From an uncultured Nitrososphaeraceae archaeon (lineage in GTDB: Archaea > Thermoproteota > Nitrososphaeria > Nitrososphaerales > Nitrososphaeraceae): a stretch of DNA of 64,000 nt. The notes under the pieces were generated by a model that saw only the letters and a list, made by a program, of their open reading frames with translations, was not told the origin of the DNA and made no database searches. The stretch covers positions 120,888 to 184,887 of the forward strand of contig CAVSMN010000021.1 in the NCBI GenBank assembly GCA_963729045.1, read 5' to 3'. The translations under genes were made by a program, and so were the position numbers. Of the stretch, positions 32,533-44,225 are shown piece by piece. The first letter of the stretch is position 1. Each line of letters begins with the position of its first letter.

Positions 32533-33384
32533 ATTCGCTACTTTAGTTGATCTCTTCTCCACCAAACTTGATTTCTTGAATTAAAGTGCAGCCTATATTG
32601 TTATGTAGAATAGTTTGAGGAACTTGTTGTATCATGTCATTAAGGTTTTCCACATCAAGATATACATCGTTTGCATCTTTCTTCAATGATCTTGCTCCTG
32701 AGTGTTGCGTCGATGGTTACCTCAGCTTTATCCTTAGTATGTATACTTTCTGCCTTAAACTCTGTTACTTTTTGAAGAATATTCTTAACTAAAATGTAAT
32801 ATGCAAAAGGAATTATTGTATGAATTCCTGGTGCTACCGATTTCTACTATGTATCCATCCTTAAAACTAATTCCTTCTACGTACTGATTGAATAGGATGA
32901 GAAAAGAGGAAATAATAATATAAATCCTGCTACTAATAATCCGCAAATTAGTATTTCTATGCTGGCATTTATCTTAATCCCATAGATGTAATTAAGACTT
33001 CCATAACCAAAACCAATACCATCTGGATACCTGAACCTTTTTTCGGTGAATTTGTTCTTAAAAGAAAACAATTAGCATTTCTTGAAGTGGGGATAACTAT
33101 GTGAAGCAAAGCAAACTTAAAATGTTATTATGAACAATTGAAAATATTTTCTAGTGTACTTTTGATTGATCGCATATATCTTATCATCTTTATTTTACAT
33201 GGATCTAAAGGTCGTTCTGCTTAAATTACTTTTTTTATTTTACTAAGGTTCAATACTGTTACTGCAATGAATACCAAATCCTTACATTTCATATCTTAAT
33301 TCTTAGTTTCAAGGAGATTTTAATAACCCCAAAGGGTAAGTAACGAAACATATATACTTAATTCTAGATAACACTGTTTGCAGA

Positions 33385-34305
33385 ATGTCTAATATTGGCA
33401 AAAGTAAGGTGGCGCTTGTAACAGGTAGTTCTACCGGTATTGGATATGAGACTTGTTTAGCACTAGCCCGCAACAGTTTCGTTACTTGTGCTACAATGAG
33501 GGACAAAAAAAAATCTAGGGATTTGGAGAGAATTGCAAGGAACGAAAATCTACAAATAAAGATAATTGAAATGGATGTAGACATAGACCGTTCTGTTTAT
33601 GAGGCAATTGAGAAGATAACTACGGAATTTGGTAAAATAGATATACTTGTAAATAATGCTGGATATGGTCTCTTTGGGGCCTTTGAAGACTTTTCAATGG
33701 ATGAAATAAAGAATCAATTTGAAACTAATGTTTTCGGTGTGATCAGAGTAATTCGTGAAGTACTTCCTATAATGAGGCAACAAAAAGCTGGAATTATTAT
33801 TAATATTAGTTCCATATCTGGGCTTGCTGGAGTTCCTACCCAATCTGCATACTGTGCCACAAAATTTGCTGTTGAGGGGTTAAGCGAAGCTCTTTCTTTT
33901 GAGTTAGAATCCTTTGGAATAAAATTAATATTAATAGAACCTGGTGTGATAAATACAGAATTCGTAAAAGATTTAGTCGTACCTTCCAATAAGTATGGGA
34001 TTGATAAGAATAGGGATCTAGTATCCACATCATATGATGGAGAAAAGAAAAAATCCTTGTCCCTTTACAGCAACACAGTGGACAAGTTCTTGTCCTTTTA
34101 TTACAATGCCATGAGCCATGCGCCTCATCCACACCTTGTGGCTGACGAAATAATTCGAGCAATTGCTAATTCTTCCAACAGTGAGAATGGAGCAACTTTA
34201 TTGAGAATTGCCGTTGGAAACGATTCCAAAGAATATTCAAAACTCAAAAAGGAGTTATCTGATAAAGACTTTCACGAATTATTAAAAACGAACCTATTGA
34301 AATAA
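33385..34305 (+). CDS. SDR family oxidoreductase
   Basis: TGSSTGIG, NNAG, YCATK, IEPG. Confidence 0.95.
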   Translation: MSNIGKSKVALVTGSSTGIGYETCLALARNSFVTCATMRDKKKSRDLERIARNENLQIKIIEMDVDIDRSVYEAIEKITTEFGKIDILVNNAGYGLFGAFEDFSMDEIKNQFETNVFGVIRVIREVLPIMRQQKAGIIINISSISGLAGVPTQSAYCATKFAVEGLSEALSFELESFGIKLILIEPGVINTEFVKDLVVPSNKYGIDKNRDLVSTSYDGEKKKSLSLYSNTVDKFLSFYYNAMSHAPHPHLVADEIIRAIANSSNSENGATLLRIAVGNDSKEYSKLKKELSDKDFHELLKTNLLK

Positions 34306-34914
34306 AATTACATGCGATGTTCGGGCGATTATATAAAGAGATAAACTGTATTCGTTTTATGCCAGATTTTCTAATAATTGAATTTCTCATGCAAGAAAAT
34401 TCTCTCGACCTGTCAAAGAAATAAAAAACAAATTCTGTCTACAATTCTATTCTTACTCATATCCATCCAATATATCACTTTCCCATTTTGACATTTCTTA
34501 GAGCACCTCTCAAAATTGCCTTCTTTAATACGATGTGTTGAAGTGAAATATTCTCCAATGACTGCTACTCCATTATAATGGGCCCGCAATTGTCTTAAGC
34601 AATAATGAAGAAAAAGTTGGATCATCATTGATCAACTTCAATATTAGTAAAATAAATGGAGACCTTAAGATGAACAGCATGAATGTTGAATAGTTGATGA
34701 AAGATGCTGCATGAGTAATTTTAGACCCTGTTCATCTTGAAATTTCAAAGTGTCTCATTAATGTCCTTTGTTTTGTGGCGAGTGGTCATTTTTTAAGCTT
34801 AGTAACGGCACTAACTTGCTTTCTAAAGAGTAGAAACCCATCGCAAATTTAACTATGCTTATTAAAGCTCTCATCAATTTATGATTTATAAATATCAAAT
34901 TACAATCTAGAGAT

Positions 34915-36192
34915 ATGATTATGCCAATGTCAAATGACGATGGTAATAGTAATAACAAGAATAGTTTGGTGATTAAACCAACAGAGCTAAAGAGAAAAAT
35001 GGATAAGGGCGATGATATTTTTATTTTAGATGTCAGAAGTAGGCAGGAACATGATATGTGGACTATTTCTTATGATAATTATCCTGATTCACTTGTAATC
35101 CCTGTAGATACACTGGCTTCTCTCGAATCTCTAAGACAGATTCCAAAGAATAAAGAAGTTATCACGTTTTGTGCTCATGGTCAACGTTCATCTATGGCAG
35201 CAAGAACTCTCTCGTCTTTAGGATATAATGTTAGAACTGTTGAAGGGGGTATGGCTGGATGGAGTAGATTATATGATGTTGCTGAAGTAAATTTAGATTC
35301 AAATATTACTTTGAAAATTTGGCAGGTAAGACGCATATCAAAGGGGTGCATGAGCTATGTTATCGCATCCACTAAAGATAAGAAAGCAACAATTATTGAT
35401 GCAACATGCGATATCGACACTGTTATCAACACTCTGCTTCAAGAAAATGAACTTACAGTTAGCAGAGTACTTGATACTCATATGCATGCAGATCACCTTT
35501 CAGGTTCAGTCAGAGTTGCTAGAAAATATGGATCAGAGGTAGCGATTAGTGGGTTTGAAAACTACGCTACAGAACAGGTATCATCTGAACAGGACCCAAA
35601 ATGTAAACTAATTTCAACAGGACAAAAATTTGAATTAGGGGATGGATTCTATTTAGAAGCTATTCACACCCCAGGGCATACAGATGGTAGCATGAGTTTC
35701 TTATTGAAAATTCATAGAGTTACTAAAAATGATTACACCAACAAACAGCAAAGTAGTGGCGTTACTTTTGCCAAAAATAGTGACAATGATGAACCAGATT
35801 ATTATCTTTTTACAGGCGATACTATTTTTGTAAATGGGGTGGGAAGACCAGATCTTCGTAATAAATCACAGGAATATACCAATAAACTTTTACACACTTA
35901 TTATAACGTGATATTTAACCTACCTGACAAAACAATTATACTTCCAGCTCACTATAGCTCTGGTTTTGAACATGAAAAACCCGTTCTTGATTCACTGGGA
36001 TCGATTAAACAAAAGCTGGCATCCATACTGGATTCCAAAAATACATTCATAGACTTTGTAACTTCAAATATCCCTCCCCATCCTATGAATTATGAAAAAA
36101 TAGTCTACTTAAACAAAAACTTGACTTCCTGTGATATGGTAAATCAAACAGATCTAGAGTCTGGTCCAAATTCTTGTTGTATCAGAGCTTAA
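34915..36192 (+). CDS. Rhodanese + MBL-fold hydrolase fusion (persulfide dioxygenase-like)
   Basis: ILDVR, CAHGQRS, GGMAGW; THMHADH, TPGHT, FTGD, GRPDL, PAH. Confidence 0.92.
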   Translation: MIMPMSNDDGNSNNKNSLVIKPTELKRKMDKGDDIFILDVRSRQEHDMWTISYDNYPDSLVIPVDTLASLESLRQIPKNKEVITFCAHGQRSSMAARTLSSLGYNVRTVEGGMAGWSRLYDVAEVNLDSNITLKIWQVRRISKGCMSYVIASTKDKKATIIDATCDIDTVINTLLQENELTVSRVLDTHMHADHLSGSVRVARKYGSEVAISGFENYATEQVSSEQDPKCKLISTGQKFELGDGFYLEAIHTPGHTDGSMSFLLKIHRVTKNDYTNKQQSSGVTFAKNSDNDEPDYYLFTGDTIFVNGVGRPDLRNKSQEYTNKLLHTYYNVIFNLPDKTIILPAHYSSGFEHEKPVLDSLGSIKQKLASILDSKNTFIDFVTSNIPPHPMNYEKIVYLNKNLTSCDMVNQTDLESGPNSCCIRA

Positions 36193-36411
36193 TAATTTAT
36201 GCTTCTATTTTATAGTAACGATTATCTGGTTCTCAATATTGACTGTTGTGGGGTTATCAAAGTTGGTACAGATCAATTATGAATATTTAGCCAATATCGG
36301 ACCTTACTTGCTAAATGACCACCTACCTACACCCAAGAAGACTCTATGACAACCAAACAGAGTCATTAAAAGTATGGAAAATCTTAAGTGAAAGGAATAT
36401 GTATTCTATTT

Positions 36412-36825
36412 GTGACTACAAACGAGCCTTTGAGGGAAGTCGTTCAAAAATTAGCTGAAACTTTTAACGATCCTCAAATTAGACAAACGTCTTATTTTGA
36501 CTTTTATGATGATTCTCTTGTTATACATGGTTTTCCTCCTAATTTACCAAATAACAAAGAGGGTTTTAAGCAATTTATCTATATTCTGTGGAACGCGTTC
36601 CCTGATATAAGAATCTTATTTGATGACATTATTATTGAGGAAAGTAAAGTTGTTTGCCGATACGTTTTATCTGGAACTCATAAAGGGGAGTTTTTGGGTA
36701 TACCTCCAACCAATAAGTCTTTTAGAGTAAATGGTATGACCATCTTTTACTTTAAGGATAGAAAATGTGTTCAGCGTTGGAACCTAGTAGATATGACATC
36801 TTTAATGGAACAGTTAAAACCATAG
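36412..36825 (+). CDS. SnoaL-like ester cyclase
   Basis: AFPD, GTHKGEFLGIPPTNK, D..SLMEQL. Confidence 0.9.
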   Translation: MTTNEPLREVVQKLAETFNDPQIRQTSYFDFYDDSLVIHGFPPNLPNNKEGFKQFIYILWNAFPDIRILFDDIIIEESKVVCRYVLSGTHKGEFLGIPPTNKSFRVNGMTIFYFKDRKCVQRWNLVDMTSLMEQLKP

Positions 36826-37030
36826 TCACACCCACTTGATTCATGTCAAACTATTAAGAATAGTCCTGAAAGGGCAACAGAACGTTCATGGTATTGATCA
36901 ATTTTATTAAATTTATACTGCAATTTTTACCAAGCATATTGTTAGGGGTCGGCCTTTCCCATTAGTTAATGACATACTATAGAGTCATACACAAGTAGAA
37001 ACCCCTGATTCACATTCTAATGTGACAGTG

Positions 37031-37357
37031 TTAGACATACTTTTGCATCTTAATTACGATGATTCTTGAATGGACTTTCCCTCTATGGCCTGACGAAAGT
37101 TCATAAATAACTGATTTAAATTTTCTTGATAAAAAATACTCTAAAAATGAAACAATTGTCCTTCCATGCATATCGGCTGTAAAAATTGTTATCAATTCTG
37201 GTTTTAGGTCGATAACGAACTTTAATAATTCATCGATCCGATATGAACCTGAATGCATTCTATCGCCTTTAAAATGGTGACTCAAAACCATGTACTCTTG
37301 AGCCTTTGTTTGATTTGAGTCGGTCCCTGCCGAAACTATAACTATTTCATTATTCAT
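37031..37357 (-). CDS. Hypothetical protein
   Basis: 108-aa ORF with ATG start; no recognised motif. Confidence 0.45.
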   Translation of the reverse strand: MNNEIVIVSAGTDSNQTKAQEYMVLSHHFKGDRMHSGSYRIDELLKFVIDLKPELITIFTADMHGRTIVSFLEYFLSRKFKSVIYELSSGHRGKVHSRIIVIKMQKYV

Positions 37358-37980
37358 CTATGCATACATCATCTATTCATATATCTTAAAATAAATTTGT
37401 TCATATGAATTACTTTCGGTATTTGATTGAGGCGTACCAATTAAGAATTTAAAAATTTGTGATTTGACTGGTCGATTTTGCTATTCACATAATCTATCTG
37501 TCCTAGCAGACAATCAACTATGTCTACTTACTACCTGGATACTAGAACATTCGCATTATTTTATCCGTGTTTATCATTGTTTAATGCTTCCGCATATCAT
37601 CCAAACAAAAAAAGGACAAATGGATTGACATGCAAATTCATTTTAGGATTGAATTGCCGAAAGACTGATTGTCTATAGTGCTATTACTATAAGTACCAAC
37701 AAAAGGAATGAATATTTGCTAATAAAATGATCTTATCTACTTGAATTATTTTTTGATAACAAATCGTTGCGTACAAACATAGACTAAATTGTTAAACTAT
37801 TTTATCTTTAAAATTAGGGAAGTAAATCCTAATACGAAATATTTCTAATAATGGATAGTGTCAATAAAGCCACATAATTTAATTTAAATGATTTCCACTA
37901 TTTTGTAAACTAACATATATTAACCTAATTTCATGCTTTATTAACTATGTTATCTAAATTTAATTATCTAGGGTGATAAT

Positions 37981-38535
37981 ATGTCCTTTGACTACCTGCA
38001 CTATGTGGCTTCTTATAAGAAAAATATAAAAAATCAAAATAGTAAAAGTGATAAACATATATCGCTACCAAAGAGAACCTCTGCACGTACACTTTTATAT
38101 AATGATAAGAACCTGACAAAGGTTCATCCGAATTCTAAAATAAAGAAAAATAAGAAATACCGAGTCTTGGTAGCCGAATCAAACTCTGGTGTACGGGCAA
38201 TGATCAAATTATATTTAGAATCTTTGAATTTGAATTACATTGCTGTTGATAGGGGAGATGAAGCTTTACATCTTTTTTCTAATACTGTTGACAACAGAGG
38301 GAAAAAATATGATGTTGTGTTACTGGATACTCATTTAGATGGACTATCTGGATTAGAAGTCGCAATCGAGATTCATAAACAGAGTCCCGATCAAAGAATA
38401 ATGATCATGAGTGCTTCACCAAGAGAACACCTGTCTAATGAATTACTAAAATCGACCAAAATACGTGAGAGCGATATTTTTGCGAGACCATTTAGACTCG
38501 CAGAATTGATTTGTTCAATAGAACCAATACCCTGA
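37981..38535 (+). CDS. Response regulator receiver protein (atypical)
   Basis: VLVAE, YDVVLLD, SGLEVA, IMSA, RPF instead of KPF. Confidence 0.85.
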   Translation: MSFDYLHYVASYKKNIKNQNSKSDKHISLPKRTSARTLLYNDKNLTKVHPNSKIKKNKKYRVLVAESNSGVRAMIKLYLESLNLNYIAVDRGDEALHLFSNTVDNRGKKYDVVLLDTHLDGLSGLEVAIEIHKQSPDQRIMIMSASPREHLSNELLKSTKIRESDIFARPFRLAELICSIEPIP

Positions 38536-39248
38536 TTCCGAATTATTTACATTGGTATGTGATATGATTTCTCTTACCTATCCATTTAGTTTTAGGTTTT
38601 ATTAATACCCAAATTCCCTACCTGAAGAGGTTTTGATTCTATCGATAATATATTTGGAGAATTGATATACGTCCATCATTCATAAGTAGAGACAAGTATT
38701 TGCTTATACCAATTTTAGATTATTCATATTATGAGGACGACCTAATGTAACCTGAAGTGTAACCTAACGTATATACCTTCAAGTAAGACCTTCCTAAATC
38801 AAACTATTAGGCCAATCTTTGCGATTAGCATAAACGTTGTTCATCTAATCCTATTTATAGATAACTGGAATTCAGATTGGAATATCTGATCTTGTTTATT
38901 GGATCGGTCGATTTTTGGATCTGATTTGAAATAATTCTATTTCAACATGAACTATCGTATCATTCAGATTAAAAGAATCCTGATGGGCATGGGCAATATG
39001 AGAATCGAGGAAGAAATCTTGGATTCGCACATTTTGAGTCTATTTGCCCACACAAATAACTTTGTTTATGATTTGTTTAATTGGAATCGGGAACCCTATC
39101 CATGTCCATCAATAACGAGGATTATCAACGATCTACCGATTTTCCAAATCTGATGATCTGATAGGTCGGAAAAATATTGAATAATCTAATTAAGATGCCT
39201 TAAAATGTTATAAGCAATGAACTCACGAAAATCTAAGGGAGTTTAGAA

Positions 39249-39701
39249 TTGGGTGTGATATTTTCAGATATTGAAAAAGCAGGAGATTTGGCAGAGCAAG
39301 TAGCCTTACAAATTAAGAATTCCAATGGCAATCTCAGAGCTGTTTATTATAAGCTTGAAGAAATTTTGATTAATTATAGGAAAAATAACGTTGATGTGGA
39401 TTTGATTATGCCGGCTATCTATGAAGTTGATTTTGAATTTAGCAAGACGAATCCTGATGGTAGATCTGTATGGATTGCATATGCAGATGCATTACATGAA
39501 GAGTTATGTAATTCAAACGGCAGTCTTCACAAAATGGTGAAATATGAGAACAATTTAAAAGGCGCATCCCTGGTCAACCACATAATGGACCAACTAAATT
39601 TACCACCGAGTTCAGCTCTGTTGATAAGTCCAATAGCTGCCAGTATCTTGGGCCTCGGAGTAACTGCGTTTTGCAAACATGAAAATAAAAAATGTGACTG
39701 A
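39249..39701 (+). CDS. Hypothetical protein
   Basis: 150-aa ORF with a hydrophobic C-terminal segment. Confidence 0.65.
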   Translation: MGVIFSDIEKAGDLAEQVALQIKNSNGNLRAVYYKLEEILINYRKNNVDVDLIMPAIYEVDFEFSKTNPDGRSVWIAYADALHEELCNSNGSLHKMVKYENNLKGASLVNHIMDQLNLPPSSALLISPIAASILGLGVTAFCKHENKKCD

Positions 39702-39816
39702 TCGCCTTCAATCATGGATGCATAAGTCAATTTCAATCAAATACAATAATATGGCCATTTACGTCAAAAACCTTTGAGAGCAAAATTAATTATAAAGTCA
39801 TATTACAAATAAAACA

Positions 39817-41817
39817 TTGCGGTTAGCAGATTATGGTAAAAACGTTGTTATCTTACCCATATTGCTCATATCTTCAGTAATTTTGGGAATCTTATCCTAT
39901 AATTATTTCACTCAAACAGCAAATCAAATTCAAGATCTGGCATTAAATGATTTGCAAACAAATTCAGAGATTGAAGTATACAGCATTTCAAACATCCTTC
40001 AAAACTCTATATATTTTGTAAATTCAAATTTGGAAAGAATTGTCAATTCCCCGTCTATTACAAACTGGAATATTACTGGAATTCAGAGATTACTTGACCT
40101 CGCCCTGAATTCTACTAACTATATTGCAGATGGGTATTACCTATTAGATAGCAATGGGACCTTAGTTACCTTTACCGGGATAAATAAAGAACAATATGCA
40201 CCTTACAAGGGTATCAATCTAGGCCATAGAGATTATTTTAAAATTCCAAAGCAGAATGGAACCATTTATACAAGCACTGTGATTGAATCTAACGACAATG
40301 TACCAAGAATCTATATTTCGTTCCCTATTACTAGGAGTAATAATACTGAGTTACTCGATCCTGCTGTAGACCTGCAGCAATCCAGAAACAATTCTATCTC
40401 TTTCAAAGGGGTAGTAGTGGCTTCTATAGCTGCAAAAACCCTTGGGAGTTTCCTTGAAAGTCAATTGCATCCTAAATTTAATGGTGAAATAGGGTTTCTT
40501 GATAGAGACGGTACCATAATATATTCACCCAATCAAACCTTTATAGGCAAAGATTATTTTGGACCGGAATTTCAATCTTTCATGAAAACCTCTCTTAAGG
40601 ATAATGAGGAGAGATTTAACAATATTATACATAAAGCTCTTGGTGTTGAAAGTGGTGTAGATGAATTCAACTTTGAGAATTCTACGACCACAATAGCCTA
40701 CCAGGCAGTAATAGTTCCAGGCAGCCAGGGAAAGGAGAATAGAATTGGTACTTTGTTCATAACGGTTCCACATACTCTAGCAGGGGATGTAATAGGTCTA
40801 ATTAATACACAAAATCTAGTTAGTTTTGCGATAATCTTTGCAATTGCCTCGATATCAGTCATAGTAACAATTATCTTGCTAAGATGGAACCGAATTCTAA
40901 AGAATGTGGTGGATCAAAAGACCTCCCAATTAACAGATTCGATTGAAAAATTAGAAAAAGCCAATGAAAACTTGCAATCACATGACAAGTTACAAAAAGA
41001 GTTTATCAACGTTGCTGCGCATGAACTACGGACTCCGACCCAGGCAATATCCGGAAATTTAGAATTAGTTGAAATGACATATCTTCCATCGATCCTACAA
41101 GAAACATCAATAAATCAAGAAGAAATCACTAGAGAATTTGAGAATTTGGTCGAAGATAAGGAAAAGTTGGCCGAGTTCAGAAAGGCACTTATCTCCACCT
41201 ATAGGAATTCACAAAGACTTGAGAAACTGGTGAATGACATACTAGATACTTCGCGAATTGAAGGTAATAGATTAGAGTTACATAAAGAATCATTTAATCT
41301 AAATGAAAAAATCGAAAATGTAATTAAAGATATAAGCAACAAATCCGATAACTATAAAGAGCAAAATAATCTACATAATCCGATAACGATAGACTTTGAA
41401 CCTCAACAGGATCCAATTAACGTATTTGCTGATAAGATAAGAATTTTTGAGGTCCTTTCAAATCTGTTAAATAATGCAATAAAATTTTCAAAAGGTAAAC
41501 CAGTCACTATTTCAGTCAGGAAGTTAAAGGATAATAACGAACATTTTTCTAGTAATGATAAGGAAAAGGGAAATATTCAAGATATCGATGGTACAGAAAT
41601 AATTATAGTATCTGTTACCGATAGAGGGATGGGTATTGACGTAGAAATTTTGCCTCGCCTATTTACAAAATTCGCAACCAAGTCAAATCAAGGCACCGGA
41701 CTAGGTTTGTATATAGCCAAAAATATAATTGAAGCGCACGGGGGACAGATATGGGCTCAGGATAATGCCGATGGAATAGGTGCCACCTTTTCATTTAGTT
41801 TACCGCTAGATCAATAA
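39817..41817 (+). CDS. Membrane sensor histidine kinase with Cache-like extracellular domain
   Basis: Two TM helices; HRDYF; H-box AHELRTP; NLLNNAIKF, DRGMGI, LFTKF, GTGLGL. Confidence 0.95.
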   Translation: MRLADYGKNVVILPILLISSVILGILSYNYFTQTANQIQDLALNDLQTNSEIEVYSISNILQNSIYFVNSNLERIVNSPSITNWNITGIQRLLDLALNSTNYIADGYYLLDSNGTLVTFTGINKEQYAPYKGINLGHRDYFKIPKQNGTIYTSTVIESNDNVPRIYISFPITRSNNTELLDPAVDLQQSRNNSISFKGVVVASIAAKTLGSFLESQLHPKFNGEIGFLDRDGTIIYSPNQTFIGKDYFGPEFQSFMKTSLKDNEERFNNIIHKALGVESGVDEFNFENSTTTIAYQAVIVPGSQGKENRIGTLFITVPHTLAGDVIGLINTQNLVSFAIIFAIASISVIVTIILLRWNRILKNVVDQKTSQLTDSIEKLEKANENLQSHDKLQKEFINVAAHELRTPTQAISGNLELVEMTYLPSILQETSINQEEITREFENLVEDKEKLAEFRKALISTYRNSQRLEKLVNDILDTSRIEGNRLELHKESFNLNEKIENVIKDISNKSDNYKEQNNLHNPITIDFEPQQDPINVFADKIRIFEVLSNLLNNAIKFSKGKPVTISVRKLKDNNEHFSSNDKEKGNIQDIDGTEIIIVSVTDRGMGIDVEILPRLFTKFATKSNQGTGLGLYIAKNIIEAHGGQIWAQDNADGIGATFSFSLPLDQ

Positions 41818-41892
41818 GCCTATGAACGCTACTTAGATTTGCAACAACATGTTTTAGTATGATGTTTGCCTCTGACGGCTATTTGACGGGAT

Positions 41893-41921
41893 TATGAGAT
41901 TTTGTTTATCAAAATCTCATA
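41893..41921. repeat. Perfect 12-bp inverted repeat with 5-nt loop
   Basis: tatgagattttg-tttat-caaaatctcata, about 75 nt after the kinase stop. Confidence 0.85.
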
Positions 41922-42485
41922 GTCACCAATAATTCAGCGGTATCAAAATTGACTTATTTTAGGGTAATGATAGGCATTTTTCAAAAAGGTTACTCGAAGA
42001 AGAGATTAAAGGATGGGAATTCTATATCAAAGGTTTATCCCACTCGGGACACATCCAGATTTTCTTTGTGAAGTCATCATTATATAGTCGTTATCATATT
42101 CTACAGCGGGATGTAATGTTATGTCCATATTCTGACTTCCTAGAGCCCTCAAATGTAATATTAAAAAGGGTAGCAGTTTGTATAAATAATTCGGTTGGGT
42201 TCGAATCGCTAATTGTAATAAAAACCAAAATATATAGTAACAGATATGAAAAAAGATGAACCAATTCTTATTAGTCATAGTCAATTATTTTGAAATGGTA
42301 CTTTGCAATATTGGATGAAAAACAATTCCTAGGGCCCTATCATGATATAAAAAATATAGTCGAGATTGATTTTAACGAACCACAATGGTTTGATATCTTA
42401 AAGGAGCATTTTATGAAAATATCTTGGAAGTTATCAAATTTTCGAAATAACTGATAATAATGCTATCTCATCAAAAAAAATATAT

Positions 42486-42665
42486 CTATTCGCTGTGAAT
42501 AATTCCTTTAATCTTCTGTTTCATTTCATCGGTTATATCTTCTTCTTTCATATTGTGATGACTTTTGGCATGCTCTATGCCATTTTTCAAAACTTCCTCA
42601 TCTGTTTCACCTTTTACGATATAATCACAATCAAATCCAGCTTCTCTACAACTTATCGTTTTCAT
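42486..42665 (-). CDS. DUF1059 small metal-binding protein (not in ORF track)
   Basis: Manual: MKTISCREAGFDCDYIVKGETDEEVLKNGIEHAKSHHNMKEEDITDEMKQKIKGIIHSE* (59 aa; C-x6-C...H-x3-H). Confidence 0.9.
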   Translation of the reverse strand: MKTISCREAGFDCDYIVKGETDEEVLKNGIEHAKSHHNMKEEDITDEMKQKIKGIIHSE

Positions 42666-42952
42666 AGTTATCCTTGGACTTGCTACCTATAAATAATTAT
42701 TGTACCATATCCGGGTTTCTATTAGTTCAAAATTATTGTAGTTCAAACCTGTTTCACAATAAAGCTACTGTATTTTGACTAATTCTTATCGAATATGTAT
42801 CATTATGTATAAATGGTCCTAAATCAAAATAATTAATTTCGAGTTGGTTTCGATCGCACTGTGAAAGTTGCCGATGACTCAAATGACTCTTTTAATCACC
42901 TTCTCTACAATTTATAAAAATAATGGTGTTTGGGCTTGCCTAAATATCGCTA

Positions 42953-43570
42953 TTATTGTAGAGTTAGATTCACTTGAGGAACACTAGTTTTGACCAATGG
43001 GTTTGCTTGGAATTGTGGTAGTTCGGTGAATCCCCATGGTTTTAGTCCTATCAGTCCGTTATAATTGAAAATAACGTTTGGGAAGATTTTCAGGAAAGTG
43101 TTATAATCTCTAACGCCGTCATTATAATAGGTTCTTGCAACCGTTATTCTATTCTCGGTTCCTGCTAATTCGTCCATCAATCTAGTCACGACCTGATCTG
43201 ATTTCAAAGAAGGATATGCCTCATAAGTTAATACAATCCTACCAAGAGCACTCTCAATCAAATTGCTTAGCTGAGTTTTTTGAGAAATATCACTGTTCGG
43301 AGTGGACATCCATTGTGTTCTCAAGTTAGTTATTTCATTGAGAGTTTGTTGCTCAAATTGCATATATCCCTTTACAGATTGAACCAAGTTGGGAATTAAG
43401 TCATAACGTCTTTGCAATTGCGTATCAGTATCTGCTGCCAACCTCTTTACATTCTCATTTTTTGCCAAGGCTGCGTTAAATCCAGAATAATAGGTAACAA
43501 TGAATATAACAATGATGATCGCAATAGTTATGATTATGCCTAAGGATGCCGCTATACTCTTGCTTACCAC
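42953..43570 (-). CDS. lemA: LemA family protein
   Basis: N-terminal TM; QLQRRYDLIPNLV, EAYPSLKS, ELAGTENRI.VAR..YN, FPN. Confidence 0.93.
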   Translation of the reverse strand: MVSKSIAASLGIIITIAIIIVIFIVTYYSGFNAALAKNENVKRLAADTDTQLQRRYDLIPNLVQSVKGYMQFEQQTLNEITNLRTQWMSTPNSDISQKTQLSNLIESALGRIVLTYEAYPSLKSDQVVTRLMDELAGTENRITVARTYYNDGVRDYNTFLKIFPNVIFNYNGLIGLKPWGFTELPQFQANPLVKTSVPQVNLTLQ

Positions 43571-43620
43571 ACTATTTTCCTCTGTTGTCTAAATTGACAT
43601 GACTGTGCTATAAATAAACA

Positions 43621-44225
43621 TTATCGTCCGGCACCGCCACCACTGGAGTGTCCTCCACCGCCACCACTGCCTCCACCGCTACCACATTCCTCCACCGCTA
43701 AATCCACCCGCTTCCGCTTCCGCTTCTACCACTCCACCCACTTCCACTACTTCCGCCGTACCAACCTGCTCCTCCGTAACTTCCCCATCTTCTCCAGTTT
43801 CGTCCGCCTCTTCTAAGGGATAGTAGTAAGACGCTCAAAATAATTATTACAATGATTATAATTCCAAAGTACGTCTACTTGAGACTGTTGCTGAAGTTCT
43901 TTTGTCAATTCATAGTTCGGGTCATCGTTAGAATATCCAATGTATTGTCCCAATGAAACTACTGTATTTAGAAGCCCCTGATCGAGTACAGTAATATTTC
44001 CATTTTTAGCATAAAGATCTTTTGCAGGCACCAGGTAGGTGTCTAGTATTTCTCCAGCAATTCCATCCGTGATATTACCTTCGAGTCCTCTACCAACCTC
44101 AATCCGCATTGAACCCCCAGATGTGTCAGGTTTAGAGGAAAATAACAATAAAATCCCATTGTCCTTCCCGCCCTTGCCAATTCCCTTTATTCCGTCAAGA
44201 TTTAATTCATTAAATATGTAATTTG
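43621..44225 (-). pseudogene. TPM (DUF477) domain protein with Gly-rich tail; 5'-truncated and frameshifted
   Basis: GIGKGGKDNGILLL...MRIEVGRGLEGNITD; tail ...GGHSSGGGAGR* ending at 43621; directly upstream of lemA. Confidence 0.8.

Noticed and set aside
42068..42692. Plus-strand ORFs 42068..42259 and 42495..42692
   Set aside because: No motifs; the second is the antisense shadow of the DUF1059 gene
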